Assembly (NCBI GenBank): GCA_030295235.1
Contig: AP026132.1
Location: 620,001-684,000, forward strand
Direction: 5' to 3'
DNA: 64,000 bases
Origin: Fistulifera solaris
Lineage: Eukaryota
Part shown: one piece after another, positions 50,036 to 60,890 of the stretch
Layout: each line of letters opens with the position of its first letter
How positions within the stretch are numbered: position 1 is the stretch's first letter
Notes under the pieces: generated by a model
The model's input: the letters and a program-made list of their open reading frames with translations, nothing else
Databases searched by the model: none
Told to the model about the DNA's origin: nothing
Made by a program: the position numbers and the translations under genes

Positions 50036-51331
50036 TCATCGCTTATGGTGAACTGTGCAAATAGATGGCGTTTCCAGTAAATGGGTATAAATATCGTCGA
50101 GGTGGCAGGATACCTTACCTAAAACCTTCGCTGACATGATAAGAGAAGCTTGATCATTTTGTAAATATCCCCGTCCTGCCTCATTTAGTCGTAGATATGT
50201 CTTCAAGTTGCTTGGTATCTCCTCGTCCGTGATTATCTCATCGAGCATGTAATGCGCAGCAACAGCTGCAGAAAGTCCAGCAATATCCACATGCATCCCG
50301 CTAATATACAATGTTCTCAGTTTATTGCACGTAGACATAAGCTTGGTAAGTGCTTTGGTAGACAGGCCGATATTATCCGACAAATTCAGACACGTCAATC
50401 CAGCGGGAAGATATGATACGTCCAGCTTCAAATCATCCAAATTGCAATCTACTAACTCCAGTGCATACAACGCGGCGCCACTCAAACTTGGAAGTACCTT
50501 GATGTTCGTATGATATAAGCCATAACTTTTCCACTTCGGATTGAAAGGAAGATAATCATCGAAGAACGAACATCCATTCAGTCGGATATGGCGCAGGTTA
50601 TCGTGATCTGCTATGGATTTGCATGTCTCGCTCGAAAGAGCCATGCAGGATAAATGCAATGAGGTCGCGTTGGAGGGCAATATCAATTGAACTGGTCGTT
50701 GATCGAAGTAGTGTAGCTGGAGCGTCTTTAATGTTTCGCACCGAGCCAATATTTTCAGAAAATTATCTGACTCGCGGTGTACTCGACACCTCCAAAACGT
50801 CAGAACTTCCAGCGAAGTATCCTGAAGTAGATCTAACAGATCCCCATTCGCGAAATGAAGACCAAATAAGGAAAGCTCTTTCAGGCGAGGTAGCTTTAAC
50901 ATCCTCCCCCAAGCGAGTCTCTCTTCGGCGGCACGTATCCGTCCCAAACGGGCACCAGATGCTTGCAATGCAAGAGACTCCAGATTTTGGCAATGACTAG
51001 CTAATGTACAAAAGAGGTTGCAGTGCCCGTGAACGCGGTAGTTTTCCAGCTCCAACTTTTTCAGATGAGGAAGCTGTGACAGCCATTCGCAAAGAAGATC
51101 GACGGATCGGTCTTGATATATCTGCGTCGACCCCCAGCGCACGCATAAAGTTTCCGTGTCTAAAAACACGGAAAGATCTTGCATCGACGGAAAGGATACA
51201 CTACACGATAATTGAAGTGTTAGCTGCTTCAGTGACGGAACATGGCAAACTCCGACTGATGGTAATGTGCTTCCATTTTCGGGAGGACCACAAATCCTGG
51301 ACGAAGTTCTTTCCGTAAGGCAGTCGTCCAT
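50036..51331 (-). CDS. RNI-like leucine-rich repeat protein; may extend 5' to ~51453 across a frameshift
   Basis: Repeated LxxLxL (LKKLEL, LESLAL, LKELSL, LKTLQL, LTCLNLSDN); C-terminal LRLNEAGRGYL. Confidence 0.75.
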   Translation of the reverse strand: MDDCLTERTSSRICGPPENGSTLPSVGVCHVPSLKQLTLQLSCSVSFPSMQDLSVFLDTETLCVRWGSTQIYQDRSVDLLCEWLSQLPHLKKLELENYRVHGHCNLFCTLASHCQNLESLALQASGARLGRIRAAEERLAWGRMLKLPRLKELSLFGLHFANGDLLDLLQDTSLEVLTFWRCRVHRESDNFLKILARCETLKTLQLHYFDQRPVQLILPSNATSLHLSCMALSSETCKSIADHDNLRHIRLNGCSFFDDYLPFNPKWKSYGLYHTNIKVLPSLSGAALYALELVDCNLDDLKLDVSYLPAGLTCLNLSDNIGLSTKALTKLMSTCNKLRTLYISGMHVDIAGLSAAVAAHYMLDEIITDEEIPSNLKTYLRLNEAGRGYLQNDQASLIMSAKVLGKVSCHLDDIYTHLLETPSICTVHHKR

Positions 51332-51787
51332 CCTGCTTGATGCACCTCACAAAAGGAAACGATAGATTCTGTTTTCTTGTGATGGTTGCGAATAAAAAGA
51401 TTTTGATGGGTTGATGGCTTAGCGAAGCGAAAGATATCATCGAGAAGATCCATCGGCAGTTCGTCCTGTTTCTGTTCGATCGTGAGTTCGTTCTTCGCGT
51501 GTCTGCGACAAAACGCAGCTGCACATCACCGCAAAGAACAGAAATGGAGCAACGGACTATCCACGAAACAGTGGTCTTGAGACGTCAGAGAACACCACTG
51601 CGACGAATTGATGCTGATCCTTTTCTGACGTGTGACAAGCAGACGCTTTAGGACGAATGACGAAAAAAACGACGCGATGCTGCTATACAAAAATACACGC
51701 ATTGCGGGCAATGCCATGCGAGAAAAGAAGCGAAGGAGTCGCTTATGATTTAACTTTTGGGTATCGTAAGAGCTCTAACAAACAGAA

Positions 51788-52589
51788 ATGAGTACAGTAA
51801 CAAATAATGAGAAAGGAAATGATTCTAATCATGTCAGCCCTTCCGACGACTGCTGGACGGCCCCATTTCCGTTTAGTTGTCAACTAAGCATGTGCCACGG
51901 TCAAATGCCTTATCCAGATAGCTACGTAGAGCAGGATCTAAATGGTTTCATCGGGAACACTTCGTTATACTCTCGCAATTGCAGGCTCTACATAGACCCT
52001 AAAACGTACCCACCCCCGACTGGGCAAGAAGGCAAAAACTTTCTGGCGAGAATATTGCCATCTTTGAGCGGTTGCGAAAAGACCTCCAGATGACCGCATT
52101 GAGAAACAATCAAAACATTGCTTGCAATGGAAGTCAGGGTAGAAAATTGAAACCAAAGTCTTTACGTGTTTTCGTCACCGAAAGCACACTCGTCGAAGTG
52201 ACGGACCGATAAAACGGAATCGAAAGTCCGCTAAGCCACTTGAGACTAGTCTTGCTTGCCACTACCGCTTTACTGTGCGGTGGGATGATATTGGTTACTA
52301 CATCCCTCTCGGTAGTGGCTGTGCGAACCACACGCATCATGCCAAGTTGGTGGCAGATGAAATCCCGAAACGCTTTGCGAAAGAAATGGAACAGGATGAC
52401 GAGGATTCGATTGTGGACTTTCCTGATTTAAGCAACAGCGACGATGAAGCTTGCACATTCTATGATTTGGTGAAACCTCACGTTGAAGCCCTCTGTCGTG
52501 CATTTGAACATGATTTCACAGAACATGATGTTGCCCGCGTGAAAGCTGTTTTCGAACAACTCATTCAAGAGAAACGGCGTATGATGTGA
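51788..52589 (+). pseudogene. Degenerate fragment resembling the WRKY/GCM1 (FAR1-type) DNA-binding region of a Mutator-like transposase
   Basis: Interrupted frames; RWDDIGYYIPLGSGCANHTHH resembles the ..W...HxH signature. Confidence 0.3.
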
Positions 52590-52909
52590 ACCGTAATCTT
52601 TCATCAACTTATCTCAATTGACCTATGAAGGTAGAGTTTTCTTTTGTTATAGTTGGTTTTCTGATATTTATTATTAAGGCAAAACTATTCACGGAGTTCT
52701 TTGTAGGTGAGCTTGACTGCTTCAGCAACGGATCAACGGTGATTATACGACCATTGCCGACCGGTACCGAGCACGTTTTGTAAATAATTTACGAAAAGAA
52801 AAATGGATGGATGTTTTGACTTTTGACTTTTGACGATCACAATAAACGAACGGAACGACGAAGGTAAAGCAATGTTTATAGTATTCATTGATAGAAAACA
52901 CAACGAACA

Positions 52910-53701
52910 ATGACAGTGATCCTTCCTTTTGATAGCCACAACCATATTCACATGGGTCCTAGTTCTCCTCAGCAAGCACTTACGGTGCCGCTTTCTGGAA
53001 TGGCAATCATGTCGACGCATCCTCGTGATTTTGGCACCGTTCTTAATTTATCGACGACGCTATCGAATGAATCGCGACATATCGTTCCCTGTTTTGGAGT
53101 TCATCCGTGGTTCCTACATGAAACGGAAAGTAATTGGATCACCGAACTGGAGAATAGGATTGCAGAGAGTCCTAACGCGATCGTTGGCGAAATCGGTTTA
53201 GACGGCTTTCATTTCGATCCAGATACTCAGCAATTGACATCGTCTTTAGAGGATCAAAAGCAGGCTTTTCTGAAGCAAATGGAACTCGCGGCTCAATATG
53301 ATCGTCCCGTCAGTATTCACACCGTTCAGTGTTTTGGAATACTCTTCGAAAGTCTTTCCATACTAAAAAAGAAAAAGAAAATGCCGTTACAAATGTACTT
53401 TCACGCGTTTGGAGGCAAGGTAGGGACGGTCGATCAGTTAATTGCTGCCTGCAAGGGCAGTGAGGTCTACTTTGGGTTTGCTCCAGTGATTAACTTTCGC
53501 TCACCCAAGACGGCGGATGTCATCCGAAAAGTGGGCCTCAGTCGCTTGCTACTGGAGACGGACCACGAAGATGCTGCCTATGTACCCGAAAGCGTAGAAA
53601 GTGGCATTCGCACTATAGCCGAGGCTCTAAGGTGTTCCGAGCGAGAGGTTGTTGAGACAACAACGGCAAACGCGTTTCAGTTCTATCGATTATCACGATG
53701 A
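52910..53701 (+). CDS. TatD-family metal-dependent DNase
   Basis: DSHNH, FGVHPW, VGEIGLD, PVSIH, FHAFGG, LLLETD. Confidence 0.93.
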   Translation: MTVILPFDSHNHIHMGPSSPQQALTVPLSGMAIMSTHPRDFGTVLNLSTTLSNESRHIVPCFGVHPWFLHETESNWITELENRIAESPNAIVGEIGLDGFHFDPDTQQLTSSLEDQKQAFLKQMELAAQYDRPVSIHTVQCFGILFESLSILKKKKKMPLQMYFHAFGGKVGTVDQLIAACKGSEVYFGFAPVINFRSPKTADVIRKVGLSRLLLETDHEDAAYVPESVESGIRTIAEALRCSEREVVETTTANAFQFYRLSR

Positions 53702-53771
53702 AAGTAGAATGACGACTATCACAACGATGTCAAGATCACGTACGTCGAACATAAACCTTTGCTAATCATGA

Positions 53772-55297
53772 TTACTCCAACGAATCGGCTACTGTATGCG
53801 GTGACATTTGTATGCCCTCGCAATCCAATTCCAAAAGATCGGTATGGCAGCCCAGCAAGGAAGCCATACTGGGTATCGTCCGCCCCAGATCACTGTGCAC
53901 AAACTCTTTCACATACGTTCCGGCCGTTGTGGAAATGTGAAGTTGAAAATGGTGCTCGTCAATGACTGTCCCTTGATACGAAAGGACGTACCGTGTGCGT
54001 TTCATGTTGGTGCGTCGGTGGAGTACCCGAATGGGGGTAGCTTGCTGGATTTTTAAGGGAAAGAGTGCTGTGAACTTATCCAGTATTTCCTGTGTCACGG
54101 GTTTTTCACTCCAACAATAACAGCCATAAAATTTGACCTTATCTTCTGTTTCAGCTTGTAGATTCTTGTAAGATGAGCTAGGACAAAAGGCCAGTTCTGG
54201 TGCAATCCCCACGCCTAAAGGGTTACTGCCGTACGATCGATGCGACGGCGACTCGTCACCGTGATTAATTTCACGCACAATTTTAGGCAAGGTTACCGTC
54301 GGCAAAGGAATTTCCAATGCATCCGTCACTTCGCACACGAAGGGTCTCCCCGTGATATCCGAGTTTGGTTTACTCGGCAATAACATTTTGACATCCAAGT
54401 CTTCTCGTCCCGAGGCATGGAATTTACACTTGCCGTAGACCAGATTCGAATCCTCATTATTATTGCTGGTGGAGATCCCACCGACATGCTGGGTCAGAAT
54501 GGGGACAATTTGCTCCTCGACGGACGTGACCCCTCGTGTACGTGCTACACCGGCATCCACTACAACAAAGGGAGTCTGCGATACATCTCGTCGCGTTTTC
54601 GTGTAACAACTTTTGACGTAAAGGGTCTCCTCCAGACGGCGACATGAATCTCTACATCGGTGAGTGCTTCGTCTTTCGGAGGATCCCACGCACCTCCGAC
54701 CGGCTGTGTCGAACTATTGATGGACCACACAACTTTGCCCTGTTGCTCGATACGTCGCTCGAGATTATCTCGTGGATCACCTCCTTGTGACACCTCTTCG
54801 TAAGTACGCTTTTTTCGCTTTTTTCGTGACTTGCTCTGGTGGGATGTGTCCAAGGGAGGCCGAGTAACGGTGGGGAGAACGACGACCGCAACACTCAAAT
54901 GCCCTTGTTGCTCATCTTTAACACAGGAAGGGAATGAATTGAGTATCTCACTGGTACCATGATCAATTTCAATACGTCGGAGACACTTGCGTAGAGTGTC
55001 TTTTCCGTACTGTTTGAGTTTTTGCGTGTAATCGGCACACGCCTTTTGATTTCCGCAACTGGTGAATCGATAGATCAAATCTCCCGGTAAATTGATGGTG
55101 TTGTTGTCGCTGGAAAACTTCACAAACTGACGGTAAGGTTCCACCATGGTTCGTATCGCATCTTCGAGCCGCTTCGCAAACGTCTCTTGAAAAACGCCCA
55201 AGCAAACAAAGCACGTTTGCGTCGTGTTGGTAGGAAGGCGGATGCCAAGAGCCGTCTGACACGTTGCGCAAAACAGATTCTCGTCCTCTGGAGCCAT
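53772..55297 (-). CDS. PUS10: tRNA pseudouridine synthase Pus10; frameshifts ~54560-54640
   Basis: YTK..RDVSQTP, FHASGREDLDVKML, GRPF, QATPIRVLHRR, AGTYVKEFVHSDLGRT.PS, LLELD. Confidence 0.93.
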
Positions 55298-55396
55298 GCG
55301 TGAACTGTTTTGTCCAAGGAAGAGAAGATTTAAGTGACCAAGCCCTCCGTTAAAGAGATGATTCACTAATTGTTTTGGCTTTTATTTTATATTATA

Positions 55397-55568
55397 CTAG
55401 CCGCCTTCGGCGTCTAGCCCCTGCAGGGCTTTTTTCGTTCTCGCCCTTCCCGCAAGCGGGTGGCTCGATCCCCGGGGATAGCGTCACACCCGTGATTCGG
55501 ACACCCGGGACCAGCGTTACGTTACGTGACACACACACGGACACAGCGCGCTATTATAAATAGATAGA
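55397..55568 (-). mobile_element. Non-autonomous mini-Helitron (~172 bp)
   Basis: Minus strand reads A|TCTATCTATTTATAATAG...CGCCGAAGGCG-G-CTAG|T: 5' TC, 3' CTAG, subterminal GC hairpin, A/T target, no TSD. Confidence 0.7.
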
Positions 55569-55659
55569 TTATAAATAGATATAAAACTCCGTATAATCAA
55601 TACTGTACCTGGTATGGTAGCGCGATCGATCGTCCACTTGGTGGCCGCGCATCCACGCG

Positions 55660-55915
55660 CCCAAATTTCCTGTGAGAGTGAAACACAAAACTTCCAGATT
55701 TTCTGACAACTTGTAAACAAAAATGGAACCCATCCAGATTTTCAGGAAACGTGTAAATATCACTCCCAGATTTCCTGGGAACGTGAAAATACCGCTCATT
55801 CAATTTTCCTGGAGACACACCCTCAGATTTCCTGGGAACGTGAAACTACAATTGGTCCAGATTTTCTGGACCACTGTAAGGCCACACTCCCAGATTTCCT
55901 GAGAACATGAAGCGT
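55660..55915. repeat. Degenerate tandem array of CCAGATTT(T/C)CTGG(GAACGTGAAA) motifs, ~7 copies
   Basis: Motif seen at ~55661, 55694, 55733, 55766, 55824, 55857 and 55890. Confidence 0.75.
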
Positions 55916-56101
55916 CCAGGTGGTGTGCTTGTCCGTCTTCCGTTGGCACATTTATTGTTTTTACGTAAGGTTAGACCTACCTTCCGGAAAAATTTCCACC
56001 GTCTCAAATTTTGATATAGATGTTTCTTGATTTCATTCATTTCATTCTTCGCGTCTCGCAATCATCCCATCTAATTTCTTTAATCTCCGAATTTCGTAAG
56101 A

Positions 56102-59100
56102 ATGAAACGATTGGGAGTTTATGGTGCTCCCGTATCGGCTGTCGCGCTCGAAGCTCCGGACCATTGCCTCTGGGGGCAAGGATCTTTCCTGCATCGCAAC
56201 TATCCAACTGACAAAGGAGAAGTAGTACTGTTGTTTCCAGGAAACATTCACGGTATTTACTCTGCAGATCCGGTATCTGTAGCGTTTGGGGGACGGTATT
56301 TGACGTTTCTGCGATCGCTGCGAAATGTTACCCAACCTATGCAAGTCCTTTCGATAGAGCTTCCTAAAGAAGGTGGCAACCATCTTCTCAACAACAATTA
56401 CCTGACTCTACCAGACTGGATATGGGATTGTCAATGCAACAACGATGATGAGTCACATGCTTCGATGACGGTTACTATCGCGCTCGCACATGGCTCGGTG
56501 CAGCTGTGGAGATTGCAACTCGGACCGGGCACCAAAAGCGTTCAACTCCAACAAATCCATACGATCACGTGTCAACCGCCGTCACTAGTACAAGCCTTAC
56601 GAATATCCCATAAACAAGTCGCCATGGCACAAGATGGCGCTATTCTCGTATGGTCACTCGACCATCCAACGCGCGTCTCGACCATAAAAGTACCCATTGC
56701 GGGGACGATGCATGCACTGCGTTTCGACGATTCCGGCGAGCGTTTGGCATCCGTATCGAATGATCGGAGTGTGCGTTTGTGGGAATATCATCCGAATGAG
56801 ATGTGGCAAGAGAGATGGACGGTTTGGGGTCATACGGCTCGGGTGTGGGATGTCGCGTTTGTGCAGCAGTATGTCGTGTCAACGGGGGTGACAATACAAC
56901 TCGACTTTGGAGCGCCGAGAACGGAACTGCATTGCATCTTTGGTATACACAACGCTGTATGCGGTCACTAGATACATACGATACGTGGATTGCAGCGGGG
57001 GGAGAGGATGGGACCGTTGTCACTTATAATGTCGATGCGTTTCGTCGACCTGTTTTAGATTACGCGGCTCATTTGGAAAGCCAAAAATATCGTCTCGGCC
57101 GAACAGCAACGTCTGTCGATTTACAGTACCTGACGATCGTCCGGTGAACTCTATTCAATCATCTGGTGAAAACGGCGAAAAAACAAGTGAGGCGATGACT
57201 AAGTCTGCAGTCGATTCGATGGCCAAGAAGGGAATAAAACAAAAGAAGACTAAGGTATCAAAGCAAGTACTCGTCGGCGCCGAATTCTGCACCCTGAAAA
57301 GTCAGCTTTCCATGTTAGTTACGACTCGTGAGGGTTCGTTGTTTGTTTTGGACCTGAGAACGGGCACTTGGTTGCGACACGCAGACTGGGAAACGAGTCA
57401 GAACGCGAAAGACGGCTGCTGTATGAAAACTCATCCGGATCTTCCCATTGTGGCCATCGGAGCTACGAATGGACTCATAGCTATCGTTCAGATAGACAAT
57501 CTTTTTGGAACATTGGCTACCAAGACAACGCTTGACGATGCATCGAACTACAGAGCCGTTCAAGCCCTGGAATGGATTAATTCCAACATTTTGGTGACTT
57601 ATCACATTCATACAGTGATTATCTGGACCTTCAATCATCTTAGTTCTGCGGAAATTTCGCCCGACTCGTATCATTGTCTCATATTGGAGGCACACACGAA
57701 AGGTATGGTAGTATGTGGGGCTTTCAACAAAGAACGAAATTTATTCGCAGCGGGCGACACGAGAGGGAATTTAATACTGTTTGGGCTGGAGCAAAGATTG
57801 AAAATTCCGGCAAAGAGCCGCTTCATCCGGTTTCGTGTCTACCTTACTGCCATCGTAAAGAACACATCAAAGCACTTGTGTGGATGAACCAGAACATAAT
57901 ACTTTCAGTCGGAAATGATGGTTGCATTGCGGAAACGTTAGTAACTATAGATTGCAAGCTGGAACCCCTCGTATCTGTTCCTTGCGGACAGTTAACAGCA
58001 ATCACTCACATTTTTCAACAAACAAGACGAGACCCGCGAACGACTGCCTTGGATGTCAAACACATGCGTGAATCATGTCGCTTTGAAGAAATATGTGTTG
58101 GGGGATACTTGGGAAACCGATTCTCGCTCTTGGATGCAAGCAGCGGATTTGAGTTAGCTAACGTCGACACGGGCGGTCGTCAAAGGCCATTACAGATTCA
58201 CTTGCCCTCGGGGTTATGTCAAACATCTTTGACTGCTGTTCGGGAAAATAGACCCGATGGTAAGATCGATATTGTCGTTGCTACTTGTGGGGTGCACAAA
58301 GAGGACACGAGAGGCTATTCGAGGGATCTCGGTACCATAATATCTTCCGTGCATGGGATCCCTCTTCATAATGAATCAATCTTTGGGTTATGTATATTTC
58401 CAGTAAATGCAAGCTGTCAACAGGTGGCAGTTATTTCCGCTAGTGAAGACTGTTACATTACGGCTTCCATCTTCCAGGACGAGAAGCTCATTGCGGTTAA
58501 GCGTTTACCCCCTATGATTGGTGGAGTACGAGCTGTTTGCAGTAGCAGCTCCGCGGAAGGTCGGCACTTACTCGCATGTGGAGGAGGTCAATTGGAAATC
58601 ATGTTTTATATCTTTGACGATAACCATCACAAAGACAGTCTCTTTCCGCTACTTTCATTCATCGGGTGTGGCGTTCCATCCGAAAAGCAGCTGATCGATC
58701 AAAGAATAAATGCTATGAGAGCTGTCTTCTTGACTGGGACGGCCTTTCAATCGAGACATCTGGTGGTGACTGGTGATTCGGATGGAGCTTGTTGTATGTA
58801 TTTTGTAGCCGAGACGAAAAGTAGGAGGACGATGGGGTACACATTCTTTCGTTCAGAAAGACCGATTCTTTCAGTTGATATTTGGAAAGATGGCGATGCT
58901 ATTTTTATCATAGCTGGTACCACAAACGGCTTTTTGTATGTTTTCGAGGCGTGCGAGCAGCTTCTGCGTGACGTAGAGAAAGATGGGACCCATCTTCGCC
59001 CTATCCTGACGTATCGAGGCCATTCGATGGGTACGAATGCAATCGCAGCTCGTATGACGCCGCTCAACAATATTAGAACGCTCAGGATAGCTTCAGTCGG

Positions 59101-59452
59101 GGATGATCAAGCTATTTGTTGTTGTGACATTAACGTGAAGGGTTCACTGAGCCAGGCTGCTATAGTGTCGCATATCATGAAACCAGAAGCAAGCTTGTCT
59201 GCCTTGAAAGGAGTAGAATGGACAAGTGATCACACATTGGTTACGGTTGGGTACGATCAGCGACTTGTACATTGGAGAATCACAAATGAAATTGTGTCTT
59301 CATCTGCCACGCAAGTTAGCATCGGAGACGTCAATTGCCTCGGAAAATGCGAAGGACCACGAGGAACTGTGGTTGCGGTCGGCGGAGCTGGTGTGGAATT
59401 GATTAGTATAGAAGATGACCAGAAAGAAAATGCAATAGATAGAATAAAATAG
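56102..59452 (+). CDS. WDR6: WDR6/Trm734-like WD40 protein (tRNA 2'-O-methylation cofactor); several frameshifts
   Basis: SVSNDRSVRLW, GHTARVWD, AGGEDG, AGDTRG, TGGRQRP, H.ESI, SASED, GDSDG, SVGDDQAI, TVGYDQRL in the WDR6 order. Confidence 0.78.
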
Positions 59453-59489
59453 AATACCAAGTTCTTGTTTTGTATAAGCTATTGCTTGC

Positions 59490-60576
59490 TCAAGCCTTTT
59501 CGGCTTCAACTATAAACATAGGGTCCCGATAGCTATTGTTCGGGACGGTCGCAGTAATGTCGAACACTTTTCTCGGTTTGAATCCCCCTGCGTATTGAAA
59601 GTAGCCATTGATTAACTCCAAGTGTTGTCGATCATTCATGTTTAACCACATCGCAATGGCTTTTGATGGAAAACACCGATTGGACTGACTGATAATAACC
59701 TTTCCACCCGGTCGAAGCACGCGACGACACTCTTTCAAAACGGCAATAGGATCAACCATGTAATCGATAGAGACAACGCAAGTCACCACATCAAACGATT
59801 CATCCGGATAAGGTAAAACAGGATCCAAATTCAAGTCCTTCGCTTTATAGCCACCCGTAAGCTGGTCATTGTACTGCAGCTCCAAAGCATTGATCCCCGT
59901 GGCGCAGATTGTTTTCATCGTTTTGGGGAATTCGAGCGGATAATGAGAAACCCATGACGAACAAATGTCCAGAATCCGTGAGCCCTTGGGAATATTGTTG
60001 CGGTAGTATTGCGTCAAAGCAGCTACGGCAGGTTCATCAATGTGATAAACCAATTTGGGCACCGTGTAAAAGTAGCCATCATCGTTGGAATCGGATCGGA
60101 AGAAGTCTTCCTGTTTGAATGGAGGTTGCTCCGGCCATTCTTTAACCAGTGATACGGGTTTCACTGGGAACTGATACGGTGTAGAGTCTCCAGTAAACCT
60201 ACGAACGAGGATTCCTCTAGTTCGCGGGTTGCCGTCTAATTTACGGACAATCGGAAAGCTTACATGAGGCAACTCTTCGCAATTTTCGCACAATTTTACA
60301 GATCTTCTTACCTTTATCCTCTCCGTACTTCATTTGCAGTTCCGAGTCAAGGTAGCGAGGCGTTTCTTTTCGCCCTCCCGAGATCATTCTTTCGAAAACG
60401 GATGCCTCACACTCCTCAGGGTTTCCTGTCACAACGGAAGACGACAACAAGAAGGCTGTCGCTGACGATGAGAGAAATTTTGCTCTTGATTGCGATGCGT
60501 AGGACCATCCCTTAGCGCTATTGAAGACTAAAAGTAAAGAGAGCAGTAGCTTCTGCACTTGATTCGTCTTCTCCAT
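59490..60576 (-). CDS. SAM-dependent methyltransferase (type 11-like), probably organelle-targeted; intron ~60237-60311
   Basis: D..FY..PKLVYHIDE.A, LDICSSWVSH, DLN..P.LPY.DESFDVVTCVVSIDY, SNRCFPSKA; N-terminal signal peptide exon. Confidence 0.85.
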
Positions 60577-60890
60577 GTTCTATTTATTTCTTTATTGCGA
60601 GGGTTGAGTGCTGCAACAACATTATGCCGGTCTCGTTGATGACTTGCAACTTGCAACACTCACTCTCATTTTTGCTCATTTTTTACGAGAAAATCTACAT
60701 AACGATAGCGCGTTTCGTGCTTAGCTCCCTTTGTCGCTGCATGACTCAAATCGTACCTTGTGCAAATATCCTCAAAGTGCGCACCTCTTTTTCGCGCGCT
60801 TTTTTGTAGTAAACCTGCAACTCTCCATTCATTCACTCGGCAGAAAAGTCCTTACAAAAAACAACTCTTTTCATTTTATTAAAGGCTAAG

